A stretch of 64,000 nucleotides of DNA from Octopus bimaculoides (taxonomy: Eukaryota). A program made the position numbers and the translations under genes. Within the stretch, counting starts at the first letter, position 1, and the number at the start of each line of letters is the position of its first letter. The stretch lies in contig NC_068988.1 in NCBI RefSeq assembly GCF_001194135.2, positions 17,201,545-17,265,544 on the forward strand. Direction: 5' to 3'. Shown here in pieces: positions 25,834 to 39,392 of the stretch. The notes under the pieces were generated by a model. It ran no database searches and had not been told where the DNA came from. It worked only from the letters and a program-made list of their open reading frames with translations.

Positions 25834-26700
25834 ATATATTCTGATCTGTCCTCCATTCTCATAATACTGAACATGTTTATCGTCTTATGGCATATGGATA
25901 TTACATATGTTAATATTGCTTGACTGACTTCATAGATAATCATATTAGTCCAGGGTAATACTTAGCTAATGATTTCTAGTTTCTGGTTAAATTTAAATCT
26001 TTAGCATTTACCCAAATATTAAAGGTCCTAGCTAATATTGTAACAAATTATCATGTTTCGAGTTAAAATTGACATATCTCTGTAATACATGTCTGCATAT
26101 ATTCGTGTAAATCATTCGATATGTCAATGTATTTCAACATGTACTTTATGATTTAAGATTGTTTAATTAAATGCGTACTATAGTGTATACATAACAGAGA
26201 TTAGCTTCCTTGTGAATATATATATAAATATAGATATAGTTATAATTTTCTTGTTTTAAATTATACCGAATGTACACGTGGTTAGTCATGGAAGTGTATG
26301 TATGTTTTGAGCAGACAAGTGTTTATATGATTTGATTATTTCGAGAATGGCCTTGTCTGTTATTTCTGAAAATGTGACTGTATTTTCAATATCCATTTTT
26401 CTCTATTGCTATAAGGTTTCTGCATATTTCCTGCGTATATTGTATGTGTATAGGCATCCACGTTCGCTTACGTATAGCAGCAATGGTTCATGTTTCTGGA
26501 TTTACATACTTTTCAAATAATATGAGTTCCCCGAAATACAAGTAAAAATATAATTTAATAAATGTAACTGAATTTTAAGGAGGTATCATGTTATTCTTCT
26601 GGGTTTTGGTTTTATATAGTTTATTTAAATTAAATGCTCTTGCTGTCAGTGTACAATTATGTTTTGAGGGCACCACACATACACATAGACACACACACAC

Positions 26701-26756
<56 letters not shown>

Positions 26757-26777
26757 GCATGCATATATATATATAAA

Positions 26778-26820
<43 letters not shown>

Positions 26821-29800
26821 ATGTCTGTGTGTGTGTATGCTTATGAGTGTTTATAATCTATGCATATGTGCGTCTATTGTCTCTCATTTTATATTTCACA
26901 TATGCTTCTGAAATTTTTGAGCACACGTCTTATCAATTATATGATAAATTAGCATTTCTCTTTTAGAATTCTGGGACAGACTCTTCCGTTTCTTTACGAA
27001 TACACTCGTATACTTTGCACTAAAATTATATTGGGCAAAATGCAATAAGTTTTTGCCACCAAAATGGTGAGAGAGTATTTCTGATTTTAGGGGTTTTGCA
27101 GCTAAATTACGCCATGTCTAAACCGTGATCTTCTTTAAGCAACTGATATGTCTTAACAACCACATACATTTGCATGAAATAAAAATTGAGTTCATGCTCA
27201 AAAATTATCAATATATAATTATGTGTGTGTGTGTGTGTTTCTGTTTCTATATATGTACGCAGACAGACTTACAGACAGACACAGATTCACACACATGCAT
27301 ACACACACACATTGTAATGTTTTGCTAAGTTATAGTGATGCTATTTGTCCTGTTTTTAGAAGTCAGAATGCATATGCATCATAATAAAGCATTTGTTGTG
27401 TACAGAATTCATTCCATAATTTCTTACTCCTTTATCATTTTTTGTTTGTGTGTGCGCTGTGTGTACTAAAGTACTGATTTCACAATGTTCTTCCAAAATT
27501 GTTTTCCGACATTGTATCTCTTATAATTCAAAACATAATCATCATTGCCTTTCTTTTCTAAATACTTTGATTCCGAGTAATACAGAAGACCATATTTAAA
27601 TAAAGTTTTGACGGTATTTCGAGGTGAACACAATGGATTTGGACACGCGTCTATTTGAAAGGTTATCATTCCTGGTGGAATTCATTTAAAAAGTACAATC
27701 AATCATATAATCATGATTCGTATAGAGATGTAGCTATGTAAGAAGATGAAAGCTAATATAGGATATGTCGAAATATCTGTACAATATCGTAAAATGATAA
27801 TATATGTCGATCTATCTGAACAATAACATTAAATGATAAGATTATGAAACACAAATGCAAGGTTTGGAGGTTCACAGACGCGTCTAGTCGGCCCCAAATA
27901 TCTTCAGTTTAATTTTTGAATATCCTTCAAATGAAAGCTACTCATTGTGACTAATCTTATACTAATTCTACTTATTACGTTCCTTAGCCCGTCGTTAGCC
28001 CGCTTTCACGTGATTAGAGAAAAAGGAGAAAGAAAAATGGAGAGAGAGAAAGATAGATAAGTGACCATGACGGTGAATGTAAATGTAACACTTTCAAGCA
28101 ATTAGTTGACGGGAAAGAGCGGGGAAAAAAAGAGAGAAAATTCAGATAAGGCGAAGTGTGAGATAGAAAGAAGACAGTAAATAGTGAGAGAGCGTATATG
28201 ACATATGGTAGGGGAATGTAATATTTATTACGTGGTTAAAAAAGTTAGTTGAAGGTCGTGATACAGAGAAAGTGAGTTAGAAATATAATTTTAGCAGAGG
28301 GGTGATGTTCTGATAGTGAGGTTAAAGAAAGGCAGAGAAAGAGGGGGAGAGAAGGGAGACACAGAGAGGGGAGAGAAAGAGGGGGTAGTGAGAGGGAGAG
28401 AGAGAGGGAGAGAGAGAGGGAGAGGGGAGGAGATGATGATAATGATGGTGGTGGTTGTGGTGGAGACGGTGATGGAGTTGGTGGTAGTCCGTGGATCGTA
28501 AAAAGTGTATTTTTTCTTTTAATTGAACTACGTTTTTTATATAATCTATCAACAGACGCGCATAAGTGTAATTCCGTGAAATATTCGCGCTTATGTACGT
28601 CGCACATATATGCAATTTAACTAAAGGTTGTATGATATGTACAGGATACTTTTTGGTGGGGGGGGGTTTATGGGGAAAATGGAAAATAGGAGTGAATAGT
28701 TATTTTATGAGTGCTGTGTCTTATGTTTATAAAATTGTGCATAAAGTATATAAAGTGTATATATATAGTGCATTAAGTAATCATCATATTCTAATTTCTT
28801 TCACTTTTCAATGAGAAGCAGATGCTACGGTCTCACTTGTAGAAATGAATATCTTTACTGAGACACCTACATTTTTGAAGGGTTAAAATTTATTAAAAAT
28901 TTTAAACTGTGCTATATGAATATATTTTAGATTACTTTAGTTTGCTGATAGGTTTGTTATTTAAAATGTATTTATTTCATCAAAAGTAAGAGCTAAACAT
29001 TATATAAATCCTTGTATCTGAAAAGATAAGGGTCATGGAGAGGAGGAGATCCCTATAAAATATAACTAGAAAGCGGATATCTTTGAAATGTCTACCAATC
29101 AAAATATAAGGATAATCTTAGTATTAAAACTTATAGGGTTGACCATATGATGGAATTACTTAAGGAATTTTGTATTAATGGAAATAATAAAATGTTGTTT
29201 ACATTTATATAGCCCTTCTTTAATATTCAAAAGCATTAATTAAAAGCTGTCTGCAGCAGAAGAGAGGTTTTCAAAATGTTACTTTGCGAAATCCAGTCTG
29301 AAATGGTGTTGTTAAGAGAACATTTTATCCACAAGACTCTACTGCATGTATCTGCTCCCTTTTAAAATTCTCTCTATATGGGCAGAAATTGATTCTAAAA
29401 TTGATTCTAAAATTAAAAGAATAAGTTAGCTTCCATCCAATCAGAAAAAACGAATTTCTCGAAATGTTTTTCCTATTCTATGTTATGGTTCATGAAGAAA
29501 TCACGAGCAAAAGTGTCTCTTGCAATTTTGAATCTGTTTCGTATTCAAGATTTCGTTCTGTACATAATTCGATTTTCTCGCCGGCAAAACTTTTATATGA
29601 ATTTCTATTCCGTTAATGTCTTATCTCTCACAGTTGAATGAACACAAAAGCAATATAGTTTTTCTTCTTTACAGAGTTTGAAATATCAGAGATCCTGGAA
29701 ACGTCGTTAGTTACTGCGTAGATTTTATTAGCTGTCATTTATCGATGATGTATTTATGCAAACGTATGTCTTTATTCTTTAACTTACTTAACTTCGATAG

Positions 29801-30649
29801 TTTTATAGATTTCAGCTTCATTGTATTTCAATTTCTCATTTTGTTAAACAAAACTTGAGGTGAGAAATCTTAGATATATAACACTTAATTGTATTATAAA
29901 CATACATTCATACCTGATTAATTATTCATAATTATGAATTATGCAATTTCAGATAAACGAGACAGCAGACTATTCAATAAATATGTATATGAGTGTAACT
30001 GTGTGTTTGCTTTTCTGTCTGTGTTTATGTGCCTGTGTGTGCATATTTTTAACTTCATACTCACATGCAAATACATGTATCACATATATAGAGATAAGAC
30101 TATGGAAAAGAGGAAAGAGCATTTCTAATGAATTCACTGTTCGTGACAAAAAGCAAGAAGAAAAAAGAAACTGAAAAAACTGTTTGATGATCATTTATCA
30201 GCTAAGAATATCGATCGACCAGCGAGAACTTTGGACTGTATTTCTTACAAACTGAAATTACTTCGTATTAGCGATAACCTTGCTTGATTCAATGGGTTCA
30301 TCTGATATTACACGATTCGCTATGAAGAATTAATTCGCAGCAGACACAACCAATAATCTTAGAGAATGTTATCGGTGGAACAACTAAAAATAACAAAATA
30401 TCAACTGTATGAGATTTGCGAAAGATTTGCAAATTGATATAATTAGCAATGATACTTCAAGGAAATGTCTTGCAAGGATAACGTTTAGCATTCTACTTCA
30501 CTTTCCCTCTTATTTAGATTTTACTAGTAGCAGAGATTATTTGTGTGTATGGCTGTTCTTATATATGTGTGTGTATGGTATTGAATTTATTTGGAAATCA
30601 TCCGTTGACTTTGAAAAATATTTACATTTTGTGCGGCGTTTTTTTTTTG

Positions 30650-32340
30650 TGTGTAATTGTTATTTAGAGGAATCAGAGAGGTTATTTTGCTTTTCTTATT
30701 TTATTACTCGTCTGGGAGCAAGAAATGCCACGCAGTCTGGAGAAGAAATTTGTTTCCCGCGCATCCTTTTACATTATATTTATAAACATGGCATCCAGTG
30801 AAGTGGTAGTAAGTACTCACAATTGGTAGCATTATGCTTCGCAATGAAGTGAGTGACTTATACTTTCCTTTCTACAACACAAAGCAAATGTAAAATTACG
30901 ATGCAATACCCTTACAATAGAAAAGAAAGAAAACATGTCTCCAATATTAATTTTAGTAGAATATTAATGAGGAGAATTATCAAAAATAACATCAGAAGCA
31001 ACGGAAAGAACCACAGTTCGACAGCAATTTTAACGATTATGAAGGTATGACCCAGACAAAAATTTGAAAACAATAAGAAATGAGATATGTGAACAGAAAT
31101 CATGCTGCTATTATATCAATTTCTGGAAGGTAGACAAACGAGTACATGACATACATCTGCTTCTCAAACGAAATTCACTTTCAGAATGCATTTAAATGGA
31201 GGCACCGAAGCTGCGCCTCTCAGGATGTGGGTAGGATATTTACATCAAAAGGGTTTAAGTATATGGAAGAAAAAGAGTCAATTACTGCTCACGCGTTACA
31301 CATCCAGCCGTCAAATGCTATACCGGCATATGTAACGATAAATACGAAAGAAACTTCAGAAGTAAATCAATTCTTTGCTAAAAGGGTTTTATGAGTAAAC
31401 ATTATCGATTCGTAGCGCGAAGACAAGAGACCAATAAAACTAAAATTGGAGACTGGGACGGAAACTCTAATTGCTAACTACACCATAGTCGCCAAAAGAC
31501 ATCTCAGAGATATATATCCCATCAACTTTTTAAATTTCCAGTTGGTTAAGTTCTTAGCTCATTGCAGATACTCATATGTTATATGTGAGATGGCATATCA
31601 GGACTTTCTAAAAAAAAAAAAACGAAGGAATGAAAATTATGAAGAAGACATCAATAGCAGTCCGATGCAGAAGTTATGCAACCAACGGTTTCTGAGGCGC
31701 AAATCAAAGAAACACTGCGTAATAATGTAGAAGAATTTGTTGACGAGTCAAGCCTCTGACAATTTAAGTATATTTCGGGAATTTTAAATTAACACCAAGC
31801 TCCAGGTGAGTACCTGCTTTTATCTTTTTATTAACTGTAGCAGGAGTGATTATTAAACGTTTCAATATTAATGTCTTCGGACGTGAATGGAAGCAGATCT
31901 CGCATCATGGAATTTAACTGCGGAGGCCATCAGCTTGACTAGAATTTGTGACATTCACAAGAATTGTATAGTTCTTTCAGTCAGCTTTAATTGTGTGGGG
32001 TTTTTGAAGAATTTTGTTTCGAAGAACGTTTTCAGATGTTAGCTTGGAATGTTTGGAAAGTGTAGTAGCCTCGGACGGCTGCGAAGCAACCAGAATTCTC
32101 CAGATGCCTGAAGTCATATCTGAGTAGATTACTGTCAATGGCACTAAGGCCTAAGCTCACACCGTTGGAATGGAGGGCTTAGAAAAGAGAATGCAACGGA
32201 GGAATCTACTTAAACATTTATCGCTGACTAATAGATACTGCATACATTCCTTGGTTGACGTAGCATGAACTTGGGCAAACATCAACTAGGCCATGTACAT
32301 TCATGCAATAAAGATGGCGCATACTGACCACATTTTCAAA
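30650..32340 (-). mobile_element. Highly decayed Gypsy/Ty3 pol relic (RT/RNase H/integrase)
   Basis: Minus-strand motifs in the expected order: LVPLTVI...SEATT (LAPLTDL...EA), VNVTNSSQ (TDAS), ITQCFFDLR (ISQFTTDIR), ISEMSFG (CDVSTG), GAASVPPF (GPLPPS), VLHRNFTFAL (RFHRQLKAAL), LPIV...GCA...SRLRG (LPLV...GC...LRLPG). Many stops and frameshifts; may extend to about 30200. Confidence 0.55.
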
Positions 32341-32387
32341 TGGATATTCATTATTGTTGTTGTTGTTGTTGTTGCTATTATTATTAT

Positions 32388-33306
32388 TCAGTAGGTATAT
32401 TTTTATAGCGTGCTTTCACTTCGCTACCGAGCACAGCTCTGTGTGCCTTGGGTATGTGCTGTGGTTTGCTGTGATGCTCTTATGGTTACTGTATTGAAAG
32501 TGTTTTGCGTAGGATGTGTCCAGTGCCCATTAGTGCAATTTTCTCTGTTATATATACCTGTAAGTCCAGGTGTTTTTGTCATGTATTTGTCTGAATATTT
32601 GTTTATCATATCTAATGCGCCTACTATGATAGGAATTGTTTCTGTTTTTAGATTCCACTTTCGAGTTACCTCTATTTCCAGGTCTTTGTATTTTGAAAGT
32701 TTCTCCATTTCTTTTAGGGAAACGTTGTCATCTGCTGGTATTGATGCATCAATTAGAAAGCATTTTTTTTTCTTCATGATCTCTGACAACTATATCTGGT
32801 CTATTTGCCTTAATTTCTCTATCTGTGTGTATTGGTATATCCCAGAGTATGGTTGCTTTCTCGTTTACTGTGACCTTTTCTGGCGTGTGTCTATATCATC
32901 TTTTTTTTTCCTGCTGTTATTACATAGTGTTGGCATAACTTCCAGTGTATGTAGGTCCCAGCTCTGTTGTGCCTGTGAATATATTACTTCTTAGCCAGGA
33001 GTGGGCAGCCAGAGATAATATAGTTTGTTGTTTCTTGTCCATCGCCACATATTCTGCAGTTATTTGTTATGTTTCTTTTCTTTATATGATTTTATGTAAT
33101 TTCTGGTGGGGAGGCTTTGGTCTTGTGCTGCTATTAAAAATTCGTCAGTCTCTACTTTGAGCCATGAACTTCTCAACCATTACTGGGATTTTTAGTTTAA
33201 CCCAGTATTTGCCACGAGGAGGCTTTTCTTGCCACCGTTTCATCATGGTACGTTGCTGTTCTAGTTTTAGTTTGGATTTCATTTGTTTTATAGCGTTTGT
33301 TGTTTT
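32388..33306 (-). mobile_element. R4/Dong-type LINE 3' fragment (zinc-finger region + RLE endonuclease), 5'-truncated
   Basis: ORF 32424-32789 KKKCFLIDASIPADDNVSLKEMEKLSKYKDLEIEVTRKWNLKTETIPIIVGAL is a PD-(D/E)xK RLE domain; upstream WQEKPPRGKY; 3' end runs into (TAA)n/(CAA)n at 32351-32387. Confidence 0.93.
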
Positions 33307-33403
33307 TTCTTCTTCTTCTTCTTCTTCTTCTTCTTCTTCTTCTTCTTCTTCTTCTTCTTCTTCTTCTTCTTCTTCTTCTTCTTCTTCTTCTTCTTCTTCT
33401 TCT
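33307..33403. repeat. (TTC)n, about 32 units
   Basis: Directly visible at the 5' truncation point of the Dong copy. Confidence 0.97.
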
Positions 33404-34169
33404 CTCGCACTTATATACCTCATACATATAAACACTGTTCAATATTCTATATAAAACAACTACTGTATATTACAGCTACCATTGCTGCGTTCTGTCTTAT
33501 ATTCGCCAATCTACATCTGCCTTACTGTTAAAAGAAGACCTACAACGTTCGTGGCTGTTTTTCTTTCTTTTTTTTTTTTAGAGTAAACAATATGTTAGAG
33601 ATACAATAAACAATGACATTATTGTTATTGTTAGCCTCAGCACACAAATCTGATCGGGCTTGCTTTATAATCATATATCATTTGTTCTTTTGAAGCTTAC
33701 CTGATGGAATAGGTTTTAGAATAATCCTAATACGATTCGTGTCTACTAATAAAATACAGAATGTTTTGACTTTTGTGTATGGATTTTTTTAATGAATAAT
33801 ATTTATTTATTTATGTCTACTTTATAATGTCTGTTGACGTATTGTTCTAGTCTGACCCGAGATTATTATTGCAAACTTCACAAATATATACTTCTATACA
33901 GCATGCCCCCAAAACACACACATTTTCATGCTAATAAACCTATAGCATACTCAAGCACTTATACAGTATAGTTGATAGATAATAATATAGATAGACATGC
34001 AAATATACAAGCATGTGCTTAAAATAATCTCTAGCAAGAAGAAGGTAGGACACATAAAGTCATATATTTCATGTTCTTGTTCATACTACAGAATATAAAT
34101 GTAAAGTAATAATATATATGAAGAGAGCTTATCATTGATTAGTTATAGGGAGTGCATTCACTATTTTTT

Positions 34170-34460
34170 TTTCAATCATGAGTACATACGTATTGTTCAA
34201 ATTATATGCTCTTGACAATGCCAGCATCTCAGTCACGTTTGCTAAGAAGATAGCTCTAGCTGATCTAATATTTGATGAAATCATTTCCACTCATAACCCG
34301 CTGTTTTTCGTGGGTGGGACGGTTTCTGTATACGTATGGAATCCTGAAGGCCAGTATCCGGTGGGGTGCAATTTCAGAGAAATTCCACTGCAACTTTAGA
34401 GAGATTTGGTTGCAATATCTAGCAAGTCAAACGGCCTCGTACAGTATTCCTTATTAGCTT
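34170..34460 (-). mobile_element. Possible mariner transposase C-terminal relic
   Basis: Minus strand CACCCCACCGGATACTGGCCTTCAGGATTCCAT resembles coding for HPPYSPDLAPSDYH; downstream similarity is weak. Confidence 0.35.
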
Positions 34461-36199
34461 AATTAATCTGCTATATGTCAAACAAATCTCAAAAGTAGTA
34501 AATTTGAATGGTTCATATTACTTTGGTGTCTGTAATAGTTAGAGATCTGTATAATTCGTGATACTTATCGTAAAATAATTAAGAATTTAAACTGGTGATT
34601 AGAATGATACTATGAAATAAAAATATACAATGAATGTAAAATGAGAGAAACACTTTAAAAACGATGATTCCGAAGGATATAGCACTGAGGTGTGTAACAA
34701 ATGATATATGATCAACATTGCTTGAGGTTATAATGTATGTTTTGAGACAACATTCAATGGCAATTGTTCATTTCTTTTTAAAGTACTGGTGTGTTTGTGT
34801 AGTCAAGCACTTTATTGTTTAAAAGTGCTTATTTAATTGAAAAGATCATTTTTAAACATGAAGTTCATACTGCTGAAGTATGCCAGTAGTGAAGAAGCAC
34901 TGCGATTTTTCGTGCTTAGAATAAAGGCATGGTTTTGATAATATAATGTATTGCTTATAGAGCAATGTATAAGTATACACCAATTAGATTTGCTTCGGAA
35001 AAGAGCGATTGTGTGTCTAAAATCCCCAATTTCAGACATTGCCAAACAGAAAGCAAATTGTGAGGGAAAAAGGAAACTCGTTATTCATAACTGGAGAAAT
35101 AAATGGAGTCAAGAGAGAACACTGATAAATTGAAGCAACAGGGCAGGAAAAGTTACAAACGAAGAAGAGGTAAATCGAGAAGAATGAAGTATTTCGAAAA
35201 CCAGATGCTTTTTCAGTGTTTAAATTATGACTTTTTATCCAGTTCTACATTTCCCGTCTAAACGATTTAAACTAAAGTTATTGCCCAAAAGCATCGACGA
35301 TGGTAGTTTGTGCTTTTTAGGTTGTTAGTGCTCTTGCGTTTCATGGGTTTTATGCATTTTTCAAATTACTCCGATGTTAAGTGTCCTTTTTAAAACTGTG
35401 GATAACCAGAGCTATACAAGGAGATTGCATTGGGTTGGAAGTTTGACTTCAGCTACAAAATGTATATTTGTACTCGGTTATAAACAGTTACACATATGAT
35501 TAGACAAGCATTATATATATTATATATGTGTGTGTGTGTGTGTGTGTGTAATCATCATCTTCCAGTGTATTAAATCCGGGTTTTGTCCCTGTTAACGGGG
35601 GTGGCCGGATCGACCTCAATGCCATAGCAAGTGAGGCAGGCAGGTGCAGCCCACCCCAAACGTCGGGCTAGCTGGCTGTCTAGCTGGCTGGTGACCATTC
35701 TCCTTTGCTATCATGGGGCTTTATGCAGCTTGGTTTTCTTCAGGGAGCATGCCCTTACTTACCGCCAACCTCAGTTTCTAAATATGAGTGCTCCAGAGAC
35801 CAAGGCCTCTACAACGATTTTTAAGAAATGTGGTAGAAAACTAGCTCAGGAAGGCAGGGACACNNNNNNNNNNNNNNNNNNNNNNNNNNNNNNNNNNNNN
35901 NNNNNNNNNNNNNNNNNNNNNNNNNNNNNNNNNNNNNNNNNNNNNNNNNNNNNNNNNNNNNNNTGTGTGTGTGTGGGTGTGTGTGTGTGTGTGTGTGTGT
36001 GCAAATGTCGGTGCGAATGCGGTGCTACACATAGGCTCACGTTTCCGATCTGAGTTAGTACGTTTTAGTTTATAAACAGGATGAACAGATTTCAGCATTT
36101 AAAAGAGAGTCGGCATGTATTTGTTTCGCATACCACTGGAAGAAGACTCTGACCAGAGGGGACACTAACAATACATTTGTAAGTGCACCAGTCAGAACA

Positions 36200-36345
36200 A
36201 TATTGGTTTCAATATTTGGCACACGGGCATCAAATTTGGGGAGGGAGTATGTCGATTACAACAAACTGAGTGCTCAACTGGATCTTTATGAATGACTCTG
36301 AAATGGATGAAAAGCAAATTCAACCTCAGCGGGTTTTCCAAACTG
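36200..36345 (-). mobile_element. Nin/Deu-domain SINE, degraded
   Basis: GTCGATTACAAC...GTGCTCAACTGG...GAAATGGATGAAAAGCAAATTCAACCTCAGCGG is the reverse complement of the SINE core. Confidence 0.65.
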
Positions 36346-36657
36346 TAGTATTGAACTATACATTATAAAACGAACACATGTCATCAACAAACAGCACCAG
36401 TGCATCATGTGTTGATTTTTATGCGAACCATTCTGTAGTTCTTTACATTTAAAATATCGTCAATGCCATAAGTGTCGTTAGACATTCGAAGAGACCAGGT
36501 ATTTCTTACATATCTTTTACGTATGGCTGTAGATGACGTATCTTCGAAGGTGCATCGCCCGTATATAATTTCATTCACATACAGAACGCCATGCAGTCCA
36601 ATATTGCTATATTACACCGTCAATCTCAATGTGTAGATTTGTGTCAATGCAAGAAAA

Positions 36658-36722
<65 letters not shown>
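36658..36722. repeat. (TAT)n = (TAA)n tail or target of the adjacent Dong copy
   Basis: About 21 perfect units abutting the Dong 3' end TTCAGTAG. Confidence 0.95.
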
Positions 36723-36727
<5 letters not shown>

Positions 36728-38660
36728 TAGATTTATTTTTATCACGTGCTTTCACGGTGTGCCTTGGGTTTGTGTTGTGGTTTGTTGTGATGCTCTTATT
36801 TTTACTGCATTGAAAGTGTTTTAGGATGAATGCGATGCCTAGAAGTACAATTTTCTGTATGTTATATACACTTGCTAGTCCTAGTGTTTTTGTTATGTGT
36901 GTTTCTGTATGTTATATATACTTGCTAGTCCTAGTGTTTTTGTAATGCGCCTATTATGATAGGAATTGTTTCTGTTTTTAGATTCCACATTCGAGTTACT
37001 TCTACTTCCAGCTCTTTGTATTTTGAAAGTTTCTCCGTTTCTTTCAGAGAAACAATATTATCTGTTTGATACATCGATTAGAAAGCACGTTTCTTCTTGG
37101 TGATCTCTGACAATTATATCCAGCATATTGGCCTTAATTTCTCTATCTGTGTGTATTGGCATATCCCAGAGTATGGTTGCTTTCTCATTTTCTGTGACTT
37201 TTTTCTGGCGTGTGGCTGGCTATACCATCATTTTTCAGTTGTTATTCAATAGTGTTGTCATAGCTTTCAGTGTATATAAGTCCCAGCTCTGTCGTGTCTG
37301 TAAATATATTTCTTCCCAGCCGGGACTGGGCAGCCAAAGACAATACGATATATTGTTACTTGCCCGTCTCCACATATTCCACAGTTACTTATTGTATTCC
37401 TTTCCATCACATGCTTTTGGTAATTTCTGGTGGGAAGGCTTTGATCTTGTGTCGCAATTAAATATCCTTCAGTCTCTGCTTGAGTCCTGAGCTTCTTAGC
37501 TATTGTTTAGTTTAACCCAGTATTTGCCATGAAGGGACTTTTCTTGCTATCGTTTTATCATGATCTGTAGCTGTTCCAGCTTTAGTTTGGATTTCAGTGG
37601 TTTTACAGCTTTTGTTGTTTCTTTTTTCTTCTTCATAGTTGTTAGGTACTATGACTTTATGTATTTGTCATCTTCCTTAAAGAATAAAAACAGTATTTTT
37701 ATCTTTGGTTCGTCTTTTGTGAGTATTTGTATTAGTTTTCCTTGTTTCTAAAGTAGTTATTTCTGTAGTCCTTTAGTGGTTATTTTGTAGGTGATTCGCC
37801 TCTTCAACCTTTGATATGTTATATATATATAACATTTCTATGTCAGATTTTGGGTGGTGCATCCTAATTCCTGTCAGTATTTTTCTTGTTTTCCTGATTA
37901 CCTCATTTAGAGTCCAGTTAAGAATACTGTACTTATAACATATAACTGGGACGGCCAGAGTGTTAATACCTATCATCTTGTTTTTTTTTTCTTTCATTGA
38001 ACTCTGTTTTCAGTATTAATCTTACTCGTCTATAGTATTCTTTTCTTACCTTCTATGTCATTTGTGTATAATATCTAGTTCATTGATTCCTAAGTATTTG
38101 TATGTTTGGATTTAGTCCAATTCTCTGATTTTATTTGTTTTNNNNNNNNNNNNNNNNNNNNNNNNNNNNNNNNNNCTTGTTTCTAAAGTAGTTATTTCTG
38201 TAGTCCTTTAGTGGTTATTTTGTAGGTGATTCGCCTCTTCAACCTTTGATATGTTATATATATATAACATTTCTATGTCAGATTTTGGGTGGTGCATCCT
38301 AATTCCTGTCAGTATTTTTCTTGTTTTCCTGATTACCTCATTTAGAGTCCAGTTAAGAATACTGTACTTATAACATATAACTGGGACGGCCAGAGTGTTA
38401 ATACCTATCATCTTGTTTTTTTTTTCTTTCATTGAACTCTGTTTTCAGTATTAATCTTACTCGTCTATAGTATTCTTTTCTTACCTTCTATGTCATTTGT
38501 GTATAATATCTAGTTCATTGATTCCTAAGTATTTGTATGTTTGGATTTAGTCCAATTCTCTGATTTTATTTGTTTTATCTAGTGTGATGTTGTTACTCTT
38601 AACTAGTTTTCCGCTTTTCAAGGTTGCTTTGGCACATTTTTCTGAAGTAATATATGCGAG
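36723..38660 (-). mobile_element. R4/Dong-type LINE 3' portion (end of RT to RLE), 5'-truncated
   Basis: 36723-37620 aligns with 32388-33306; upstream minus translation EKCAKATLKSGKLV...TYKYLGINE...NKMIGINTLAVPVICY...RKTRKILTGIRMHHPKSDIEMLY is the R4/Dong post-RT region. Contains a 50-bp tandem duplication (36852/36902) and a duplication across the gap. Confidence 0.92.
37741..38576. repeat. About 401-bp exact duplication flanking an N-gap
   Basis: 37741-38141 appears identical to 38176-38576 (the ORF track gives identical 74-aa ORFs), separated by 34 N. Confidence 0.95.
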
Positions 38661-38968
38661 TAAGATTGAAATATATTCTTCACGTGTCTATTTATGCATT
38701 TTTAAATTTTATTTGCGTGACATGAAAAATAATGTCCGGCCCTTTATCTTGATGGTCATCATTTTTGTAGGGTACCGGTCCGTTCATTTCTGGTGTTAAA
38801 TAGTTTTGCACGTGTACTTTTTGTGTAACAAATTTAAAGCATGATGTTCCCTTTTGTTATCCTTGGATTGAATAATACATGTATTATTTAATTTAGTTTT
38901 CATATTTTGTGTGTGTTGGTTCGGGACGGAGATGGGCAGATGCTGATTGGATCATAATGTGGTGAGCA

Positions 38969-39258
38969 TGTTTACACGTGTTGTGTGAGAGATGTAGACG
39001 ATACACAGTTAAAATACACCATTTCATTTGGAAAATATGAATAAATTTTAATGAGTATTACTTATTCGGATATAGTTCAACACTTTTAATTAATATTACT
39101 TACTCGGGTATAATCCAACACTACGTCAGGGTGACAAGCGTGTTTACATGTTTTGTGCGAATGACAGAAACGATACACAGTTAAAATACACCATTTCATT
39201 CGGAAAATAGAAATAAATTTTAATGAGTATTACTTACTCGGATATAGTCCGACACTTT
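38969..39258. repeat. Imperfect direct repeat, period about 171 bp
   Basis: ACGATACACAGTTAAAATACACCATTTCATT(T/C)GGAAAATA...AATAAATTTTAATGAGTATTACTTA(T/C)TCGGATATAGT occurs near 38998 and 39170. Confidence 0.9.
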
Positions 39259-39392
39259 GTCAATTACTTCAGGTTACATTTGTTGTCTTTATTCCTGATA
39301 TTTTTGGATAGATTTCAGAGCAGTGTTTTTTTATCGCTTTCACATGTTAAATACCCCCAGTGTTCTTTATTATTATTATTGTTATTGTTACT

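Noticed and set aside
27960-28660. Second Helitron-like element around the purine-rich tract
   Set aside because: Only a vague CCCGTCG...CCCGC start; no matching 3' end identified.
32424-32789. Stand-alone restriction-like nuclease gene
   Set aside because: It is the RLE domain of a truncated Dong/R4 LINE, with frameshifts upstream and paralogs at 20.4-21.0 and 36.7-37.2 kb.
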